A stretch of 33,146 bases of DNA. It comes from a virus. Lineage: Duplodnaviria; Heunggongvirae; Uroviricota; Caudoviricetes. The notes below the pieces were generated by a model. It was not told where the DNA came from, made no database searches, and saw only the letters and a program-made list of their open reading frames with translations. Location: IMG/VR virus record IMGVR_UViG_3300034102_002845; one strand, 5' to 3'. Made by a program: the position numbers and the translations under genes. Of the stretch, positions 8,739 to 15,238 are shown one piece after another. Within the stretch, counting starts at the first letter, position 1, and the number at the start of each line of letters is the position of its first letter.

Positions 8739-8744
8739 AAGTGT

Positions 8745-8978
8745 ATGAAAAACTTTCGCGCCATTTGCGCTGCCCTACTCGACGAGATACCCTACGAGTC
8801 CGCTACAACATGCCTCGCACTTGCAGCGTTGAAAGAGTCGCAGGTAAAGGGACCGACTGAAAAAGACATCTTCAATCTCATTTCTTGGATGGTTGACCAG
8901 AGAGTTATTGATAACGACTCCGGTGAAATATCTGAGGCGATACAGAGAGTGATTGACTTGTTTAGGGGAACACTGTGA
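8745..8978 (+). CDS. hypothetical protein
   Basis: 77-aa ORF; FRAICAALLD motif; GTGA overlap with next gene. Confidence 0.6.
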   Translation: MKNFRAICAALLDEIPYESATTCLALAALKESQVKGPTEKDIFNLISWMVDQRVIDNDSGEISEAIQRVIDLFRGTL

Positions 8979-9610
8979 AAATCAGATTTATTGGTGATGT
9001 ACATGGCAAATGGTCAAAGTATGAGAAGCTAATCAGAGAATGCAACCGCTCAGTCCAAGTGGGAGACTTCGGTGTGGGTTTCATTGACCCGAAGACCGAA
9101 AAGCCATACAGCAGCCCACCCTACGACGCGATGTCAAAGGGTGAGCACTTTTTCATACGGGGAAACCACGACAGTCCCGGTGCCTGCAAAAGACACCCCT
9201 ACTGGGTGAAAGACGGGGGGTCGGTGTTCGGTCGCGGCGACATTTTTTGTGTGGGTGGAGCTTACTCCATCGACAGGGACCGACGTACCGAGCGCTACGA
9301 CTGGTGGCCTGACGAAGAGCTTTCTTACGGAGAGCTTTCCAACATTATGGACGCGTATGAGCTTGTGAAACCCAAGATCGTTGTCACACATGAGTGTCCT
9401 GACTCCGTAATTTCGTTAGTGTGTCACAAAATAGGAAAGCAAAAATTTGACATCCCTTCGGTAACACGAAGGTGTTTCGACAACATGCTCGAGATTCATA
9501 AACCGGACCTTTGGATTCATGGCCATTGGCATTTAAATCATCATACGGTGTACAAAGGTGTGGAATTTATTGGTCTTGGTGAGCTATCCTTCCTCGACAT
9601 GGACGTTTAA
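8975..9610 (+). CDS. calcineurin-like metallophosphoesterase
   Basis: Motifs GDVHG, QVGDFG, RGNHD, VTHECP, HGHWH. Confidence 0.9.
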   Translation: MKIRFIGDVHGKWSKYEKLIRECNRSVQVGDFGVGFIDPKTEKPYSSPPYDAMSKGEHFFIRGNHDSPGACKRHPYWVKDGGSVFGRGDIFCVGGAYSIDRDRRTERYDWWPDEELSYGELSNIMDAYELVKPKIVVTHECPDSVISLVCHKIGKQKFDIPSVTRRCFDNMLEIHKPDLWIHGHWHLNHHTVYKGVEFIGLGELSFLDMDV

Positions 9611-9742
9611 TCAAGCCCCCACTCATAGGGAACGTCGTACGAAGGTCAATTACAAGGAATCTACACCGCTATACTAAGTTTGTGGCCCCCCCCCCCTTCT
9701 TTCTACCTATAAGCCTTAAATCAAAACCACCATTAAAGCAAA

Positions 9743-10312
9743 ATGACAACAGTAATTAACCTCTTCGGCGGGTCCGGTTGCGGAAAATCAACCACAGCTG
9801 CGCTCCTCTTCGCCAGAATGAAGCTGGCCGGCATTCACGTTGAACTTGTAAGAGAGTATGTGAAGTACTGGGCGTGGAACGACCGCAAAGTGCGTGAGTG
9901 GGACCAACTCTACCTCCTCGGTAAGCAAAGCGCCTACGAGAGCATGCTGTACGGCAAAGTTGACTACATTGTTACCGACAGCCCTATACTTCTGGCAGGA
10001 ATCTACCAAGACTACCGGTCTCAAGGCAAAGACACGTACGTAAGTTCCGCCGCTCAATCCTTCATGGCTCACGCAGAGGAAAGGGGTGTAACGTACAAGA
10101 ATTTCTTCCTAAATCGCATCAAGCCCTTCGACCCTCGCGGACGTTACGAAACCGAAGACCAAGCCAAAAGAGTTGACGAGTTTGTCTACGACTATCTGTG
10201 CAAGTACAGTGGGTTCCGTCCAATCTCAATATCTGGACCGGACGAACGCAGGGACACAGAGATTTTGAGCTATCTTGGTGAGCTACATTTTAAGGAGGCT
10301 CCCTCGCTGTGA
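9743..10312 (+). CDS. NadR/AAA_28-like P-loop ATPase or nucleotide kinase
   Basis: Walker A GGSGCGKST, VREYVK, Walker-B-like IVTDSPILL. Confidence 0.8.
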   Translation: MTTVINLFGGSGCGKSTTAALLFARMKLAGIHVELVREYVKYWAWNDRKVREWDQLYLLGKQSAYESMLYGKVDYIVTDSPILLAGIYQDYRSQGKDTYVSSAAQSFMAHAEERGVTYKNFFLNRIKPFDPRGRYETEDQAKRVDEFVYDYLCKYSGFRPISISGPDERRDTEILSYLGELHFKEAPSL

Positions 10313-10494
10313 CACTAACTTTCCGAGAACTTTTAGAAAGTTTGCAGACTTTTTCTAACGATGACCTGGACAAGGACGCTACTGTGGAGGTAGACGGGGA
10401 ATTTTTTGGAGTGTCGCACTTTGGAGTGTCTACCTGTTTGGATGACACACCGCTTGATGAAGGGCACCCCTTTCTTTCAACTGCAACAAGGTAA
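10309..10494 (+). CDS. small acidic hypothetical protein
   Basis: 61-aa ORF with GTGA overlap. Confidence 0.6.
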   Translation: MTLTFRELLESLQTFSNDDLDKDATVEVDGEFFGVSHFGVSTCLDDTPLDEGHPFLSTATR

Positions 10495-10506
10495 AGTGTT
10501 GCCTTA

Positions 10507-10550
10507 GGATGGTTCCCCGGCTTGCTTTGCTGGGGCAAAACAGCTATAAT
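10507..10550 (+). promoter_or_regulatory. putative early promoter (GGATGGTTC-N6-TTGCTT-N17-TATAAT)
   Basis: Perfect -10, 17-nt spacer, variant upstream element. Confidence 0.65.
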
Positions 10551-10573
10551 ACGCTCATAAATCCTGAAAACCA

Positions 10574-10750
10574 ATGTCATACAACCCGGACTCAGATACC
10601 TACCCCTTCAACGACAGCGAGACTCTGTTAAACTTCCTGGACCGTCTTCTACTGGAGTCCGTGTCGTGCGAAGGAGGCCTTGTGCCCCTCACTTCTTCTC
10701 GGTTTCAACGCCTTTCCAGGCTTGTTGAAGGTGTCTCAATTGACGATTGA
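10574..10750 (+). CDS. PrlF-antitoxin C-terminal-like small protein (58 aa, not in ORF track)
   Basis: Manual translation MSYNPDSDTYPFNDSETLLNFLDRLLLESVSCEGGLVPLTSSRFQRLSRLVEGVSIDD*; FL..L......P+....+.R+..LV.GV.+D pattern of the PrlF C-terminus; no AbrB domain. Confidence 0.5.
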   Translation: MSYNPDSDTYPFNDSETLLNFLDRLLLESVSCEGGLVPLTSSRFQRLSRLVEGVSIDD

Positions 10751-10793
10751 CCTTGACCCCCGTTGGGCGGTGAGCGGTTAGCCCCCTTGCCTT

Positions 10794-10836
10794 GGGCGGT
10801 TTCCCCGTTTGTTTTCCAGAAGGAAAACGCTATAGT
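10794..10836 (+). promoter_or_regulatory. putative early promoter (GGGCGGTTT-N6-TTTGTT-N17-TATAGT)
   Basis: Same layout; preceded by a degenerate second copy (GAGCGGTTA-N6-TTGCCT at 10772) lacking a -10. Confidence 0.55.
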
Positions 10837-10860
10837 ATTTACGTGACCTTCGAAGAACCA

Positions 10861-11127
10861 ATGTCATTCAACCCAGACTGGGCTTCACCTCCAGGGTCTA
10901 TCGTAAGGGAGTTACGTCTGGAGCGTAGAATTTCTCTTCACGACTTTGCGGGAGAAACAGGGTTAACCGTACCCGAAGTTCTTGAACTTGAGGAAGGGAA
11001 CCTTCGCATCGACCCTCATCTAGCGGAGCGCCTTGAGTACGTGTTCGGACAACCAACTGAAAAGTTTTGGCTCACCCTTCAACTAAACTACGACAATGAC
11101 CTTAAAAGAGGAAGAAAGCATGATTGA
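10861..11127 (+). CDS. higA: HigA-family (HTH_XRE) antitoxin-like protein, no adjacent toxin
   Basis: FNPDWASPPG...HTH...I+..LAE+LE.VFG....FWL.LQ..YD signature; true start probably ATG 10861, not the track's TTG at 10792. Confidence 0.75.
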   Translation: MSFNPDWASPPGSIVRELRLERRISLHDFAGETGLTVPEVLELEEGNLRIDPHLAERLEYVFGQPTEKFWLTLQLNYDNDLKRGRKHD

Positions 11128-11395
11128 GCTACTTGTAACGGAGAACAAAAGTATTGATCCCGCACGATTTTACCGAAACCGAGTTCGTGTCTTTCTCGAT
11201 AGAAACTACAACTATGGTATGTGGGTAGACGAAGACAAATTGTTTGACCTTTTGTCGCTGGAGCAGAAAAAACAGTACCTTGTTGACAGATCCCCTAGTG
11301 GATGCAAGTACAATGTTACACGAGAGGTAGCACAGAGGGTTCTTGCAGTGGGGCACACTCACCTCAGTAAGCAGAAACTTCGCCCATGCTTGTGA
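11120..11395 (+). CDS. hypothetical protein
   Basis: ATG after GAGG SD; within track ORF 11096..11395. Confidence 0.6.
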   Translation: MIELLVTENKSIDPARFYRNRVRVFLDRNYNYGMWVDEDKLFDLLSLEQKKQYLVDRSPSGCKYNVTREVAQRVLAVGHTHLSKQKLRPCL

Positions 11396-11601
11396 CTCCT
11401 CGCAGGGTCGGTGACGCTGCTAGAAAAGTTATTGAGACACTTCGCGAGCTTGGTCTATCCCACTTGTACAAAGAGGACCAAGTTCTGAGAGAGATGCTGG
11501 AAAAGTTTAACAGCAAGGACTCATGGGGTTGGACCTCCCAGACTCTTGCCGATCACTGGCTGCAGAGCAATGGCTTGTGGGATTTGAACGACAATAATTA
11601 A
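11386..11601 (+). CDS. hypothetical protein
   Basis: 71-aa ORF overlapping previous stop. Confidence 0.55.
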   Translation: MLVTPRRVGDAARKVIETLRELGLSHLYKEDQVLREMLEKFNSKDSWGWTSQTLADHWLQSNGLWDLNDNN

Positions 11602-11647
11602 TACACCCTTCTTTAACAACCAAATTAGCTCAGCAATTACCCTTGAA

Positions 11648-13669
11648 ATGACAAACACTGTCAATGTAAACCTAGTCCAGCAAATTCAAGACGACTACCT
11701 TGCCTACTCGCTCAGTGTAATCGTGGGGCGAGCCTTCCCTCGGTACACGGACGGGTGCAAGAGTATCTCTCGGCGCATTGTAACAGCTATGAAGTGGCTC
11801 AACTTGAAGCCAGACGGTCGCTACATGAAAAGCGCCAGGGTAGAGGGGGAGGTTATGGGTAAATTGAGCCCCCACGGCGGAAGCTACAGCTCTATTGTCA
11901 CTTTGGCTGCCCCGTGGAATAATATGGCCCCGCTCGTAGACGGGCACGGGAATTGGGGGTCTTCGACAGACTCTGCGGCGTCGTCAAGGTACACTGAGTG
12001 CAAGCTCTCCCCTTTCGCCTGGGACTGCCTCCTCGACGACTCAGAAACCTGGGAGACGATGCCAAACTACGACGGTACGCTGCAGGAGCCAATCGAGTTA
12101 AACGCAAAGATTCCCTACGTTTTGCTCAATGGTCAAGAGGGCATTGGCGTGGGATACGCCTGTAAAATCGCCTCTCACAGTCTCCGTTCGATTGTTGAAG
12201 CAACCAAGCTGGTTTGCAAGGAAGCGATAACGTTTGAAGCACGCGCAGAAAACCTACGAAAAGCACGAGAGGTTCTCTTCCCTGACTTTCCAACTGGGAC
12301 CCTGATTGTAAAAGACGATCAGTTGGAGCAATACTCACTAACAGGCATTGGCAGCATTCGCTGCATGGCGAAGGTTGAGATTGGTACCCAGACCCGTAGT
12401 GGAAAGGCAAAGGACCGTCCGTCCTTAACCTTCACGAACTTACCGCCAGGAACCAATCCTGAGAAAATCGGTGAGCAAGTGAAAAATGAGGTTGAGCGAG
12501 GGAGGGTTGAGGGTGTCGCTGAGGTCAACGACCTGTCCGATCTTACGGGGGACTGCGTTCAAATTGTGGCCAAGCCCGGTGTGAGCCCGGAAAAGCTAAG
12601 AGATCAACTTTATGCCTACACCGACCTTGACTCCAAGTTCTCAGCGAGAACCTTAGTTATCGATGGCACGAAGCCCATAGAGCTCTCCCCGGTGGAAATT
12701 GTAGAGAAATGGGTGACATGGAGGTTGGGTAGATTACAAGTTAAATTCGAGAATGAGCTCACTCATCGAGAGGATCGCCTGGAAATTGTTCAGGGGTTGC
12801 TCAAAGCCATTGACAAGATGGACTTGATTATTAAGCGTATTCGTGCGGCAAAGGATAAATCTGAGGCGAAAGTTGCTCTAACGACCGCACCGCTGAAGTT
12901 CTCAGATAAGCAAGCTGAGGCCATTCTGGATATGCGCTTGCGTCAGCTTACGAACCTTGACCAAAACGACCTTATTGATGAGGATAACTACCTTCAAGGT
13001 CGGATTCAAGAGCTGGTAGAGCTGTCCAGCGACGAAACCAGAGGGACTACCGCGAGACAAGTGTATATGCTCAATGAGCTGACCGAGATAGGAAAACGCC
13101 ACGGAGAGGCTCGCCGAAGCCCCCTCATAGACCCCCCAACTGGCGGTGTGACCCGTGCTCCTGGGGAAAGCGTGAAGCGTCCTGCAGCCGCTCCAAAGCC
13201 ACGGTTCCTGAAGATTGACTCGAAGAAGGGCACTGTTGAGCAGGTGAAAGGGCCACGTGGAGCTCTTGTCGTAGACCCCAAAGACAAGGTTATTCTTATG
13301 ACTGAGGACGGGACACTGAAAAAGGTGTCAGCAACCTTCAAGGGAGTTATCTCAACAGCGTACTCCGCTGTTTGCTTGGCGAAGAAGGAGTCTGAGGTTT
13401 CCTTGAAAAAGTACCTAGTTGTGCTCGAACTCGACGGGCAGCTCAAAGCACTGACCCTGAGCGGAGAAGACCTTTGCAAGGTAACGAGCAAGGGCAAAAG
13501 GTGGCTGCCCGAAGGCGCCACACTCAGGCACTTTGGGGAGGGGAGTTTCACCCTGGACTGGGTTTCCACTCGAAAGAAGGCAACGAAACTCGACCTGTCA
13601 GTAAAGCTCGGGAAGCCGGGGGGCAAAGGAATTAAAGTCGCAAATATAGATGAGGTGAAACTACCTTAG
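11648..13669 (+). CDS. gyrA: type IIA DNA topoisomerase subunit A (GyrA/ParC family)
   Basis: GRAFP..DG.K...RR, KSARV.GEVMGK..PHG, G.GNWGS, catalytic SRYTE, LLNG..GIGVG, Q.EAILDMRLRQLT.L; short degenerate C-terminal domain. Gyrase vs topo IV not resolved. Confidence 0.93.
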   Translation: MTNTVNVNLVQQIQDDYLAYSLSVIVGRAFPRYTDGCKSISRRIVTAMKWLNLKPDGRYMKSARVEGEVMGKLSPHGGSYSSIVTLAAPWNNMAPLVDGHGNWGSSTDSAASSRYTECKLSPFAWDCLLDDSETWETMPNYDGTLQEPIELNAKIPYVLLNGQEGIGVGYACKIASHSLRSIVEATKLVCKEAITFEARAENLRKAREVLFPDFPTGTLIVKDDQLEQYSLTGIGSIRCMAKVEIGTQTRSGKAKDRPSLTFTNLPPGTNPEKIGEQVKNEVERGRVEGVAEVNDLSDLTGDCVQIVAKPGVSPEKLRDQLYAYTDLDSKFSARTLVIDGTKPIELSPVEIVEKWVTWRLGRLQVKFENELTHREDRLEIVQGLLKAIDKMDLIIKRIRAAKDKSEAKVALTTAPLKFSDKQAEAILDMRLRQLTNLDQNDLIDEDNYLQGRIQELVELSSDETRGTTARQVYMLNELTEIGKRHGEARRSPLIDPPTGGVTRAPGESVKRPAAAPKPRFLKIDSKKGTVEQVKGPRGALVVDPKDKVILMTEDGTLKKVSATFKGVISTAYSAVCLAKKESEVSLKKYLVVLELDGQLKALTLSGEDLCKVTSKGKRWLPEGATLRHFGEGSFTLDWVSTRKKATKLDLSVKLGKPGGKGIKVANIDEVKLP

Positions 13670-13690
13670 GACGAAAAACGGAGTGAAACC

Positions 13691-13699
13691 GGGTAAAAT
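13691..13699 (+). promoter_or_regulatory. GGGTAAAA(T) motif, putative late promoter
   Basis: Intergenic; recurs before structural genes. Confidence 0.45.
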
Positions 13700-13759
13700 T
13701 GGGTACGGGACTTTACGTTGGACATTGCCCGGCTAAACTCTTAATAGTTGAACAGAACC

Positions 13760-14305
13760 ATGACTGTAGTCTATCCGGTTTCCAGGTTACTTTCAAACCC
13801 CCGAATTTTCCTAGCCATCTCAAATCATTTGGGAGGAGTTCTAGATGCAGAGGTACTGAGAGACGTTTTTTACGAACTCCTGGAAGTAGAAATTAACGGG
13901 TCTCCTGACGAAGAATGTGAGTTTTCCGCAGAAGAGGCGTGCTTTGAAGTTGAGGAGGACGGGCTTGTTTACCATATCTACTTTGACACGGGTGCGTCGT
14001 TCAAACTCGAAGTTACAGAAGACGGCTTTCACCCTCAAATTTCCACCGAGTTTGAGTTGGCGACAGCATCTGCAGTGAACAACCGGCTCATCTCAGCAAT
14101 CGAAGACTCCCACCCGGAGCTCAAAGACGATATTTCGTTCGAGCACCCCCCAACACCGGGAAACAGCTTCTTAAGCTCAAAAGACGGGGAAGGATTCTCC
14201 GGTAGTTTTCACCTTCGATCGGACCCCGACAAAAAGTTTTCCTTTACAATAACCTCAGTAGACCCTGAGTCTGACCACTTAGAAGCCAAAATCAAACCCA
14301 TTTAA
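13760..14305 (+). CDS. acidic hypothetical protein
   Basis: ATG 13760 within track ORF 13748..14305. Confidence 0.7.
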   Translation: MTVVYPVSRLLSNPRIFLAISNHLGGVLDAEVLRDVFYELLEVEINGSPDEECEFSAEEACFEVEEDGLVYHIYFDTGASFKLEVTEDGFHPQISTEFELATASAVNNRLISAIEDSHPELKDDISFEHPPTPGNSFLSSKDGEGFSGSFHLRSDPDKKFSFTITSVDPESDHLEAKIKPI

Positions 14306-14317
14306 AGCGAAACACCC

Positions 14318-15184
14318 ATGATGGATAACATAGTGTTTGCAACCGATAGCATGAGGTCTTCGGTTTCTTCACTTAAGAAAAAAATATCAAATTTCAAGAT
14401 CAGCATCGAACAACTCAGTTCGGAAGTAGAAAAAATTGATACAAAGTTTGACAAGCTTTTAACACAAACTGAGATATACAAGGCTAAGCTAGAACGGGAA
14501 ATGGGTCGCGAGGTGAGGCGTCTTGAGCTTGAACTTACCAAGCTTCGAAAACAAGTGAAAGAGTCACTCCCCCCTGAATCTCCTTTGGAGGACGAGACAG
14601 AGCTCGGAATAGCGTCAACACTTGCCGTTATCGAGTGCCTTCTGAGGCATATCTGCGAAGGAGCAGACGACTTCAGACTAATGAGCTACGCCTTCCTCTT
14701 TCCGGCTGTGATAGAAAGAGTTGCGTCGTTCGACGACCCCGCGTACTTGCTGGAAACTCTCCCAGAGTCCGCACAAGTTGTAATTGACCGGGGGAGGCAG
14801 TACGTCGCGTACTTGAGAGAAGACTGTAAAACTCACGTCACAGATCCCGACGCATGGGAGCAATACATAGACCAAGTTACAGACTGGTGGAGGAACGACG
14901 CTCTTCCTTTGCTTTACGGGCAACGAGACGAACAATGGGACACAGACGTCCCGCTCTCTCTTGTTGAGATTCTAATGTGGCGTGACGAACCGGGTGAGCG
15001 ACCCCTACACTTCTCACCGATTTTCGACGCCTACGAAACCTACAAGCTTCACAAAGACGCTGTTTACACAAGCAGCGGTGTTCGAGCTTTCGACCTAAAA
15101 ATGCACAAATTCGACTCCGGAGCCCCCGAGGAAGAAGTGAAGCCCCCAGTCATTCTGGCACGACCTGTTTACAGGAAGCCTTAA
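14318..15184 (+). CDS. hypothetical protein with N-terminal coiled coil
   Basis: 288-aa ORF; heptads over residues ~10-80. Confidence 0.75.
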   Translation: MMDNIVFATDSMRSSVSSLKKKISNFKISIEQLSSEVEKIDTKFDKLLTQTEIYKAKLEREMGREVRRLELELTKLRKQVKESLPPESPLEDETELGIASTLAVIECLLRHICEGADDFRLMSYAFLFPAVIERVASFDDPAYLLETLPESAQVVIDRGRQYVAYLREDCKTHVTDPDAWEQYIDQVTDWWRNDALPLLYGQRDEQWDTDVPLSLVEILMWRDEPGERPLHFSPIFDAYETYKLHKDAVYTSSGVRAFDLKMHKFDSGAPEEEVKPPVILARPVYRKP

Positions 15185-15238
15185 AGCTTCCGCTACGACA
15201 ACCCCCTAGGATAAACTAAACCATAACAATTCAACGAC

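Noticed and set aside
8975-10312. Phosphoesterase plus kinase as an anti-CBASS or NAD-salvage module
   Set aside because: Both families are common in phages, and nothing in the sequence specifies the substrate.
10792-10860. Track N-terminal extension of the HigA-like ORF
   Set aside because: It overlaps the promoter motif; family similarity begins at MSFNPDW (10861).
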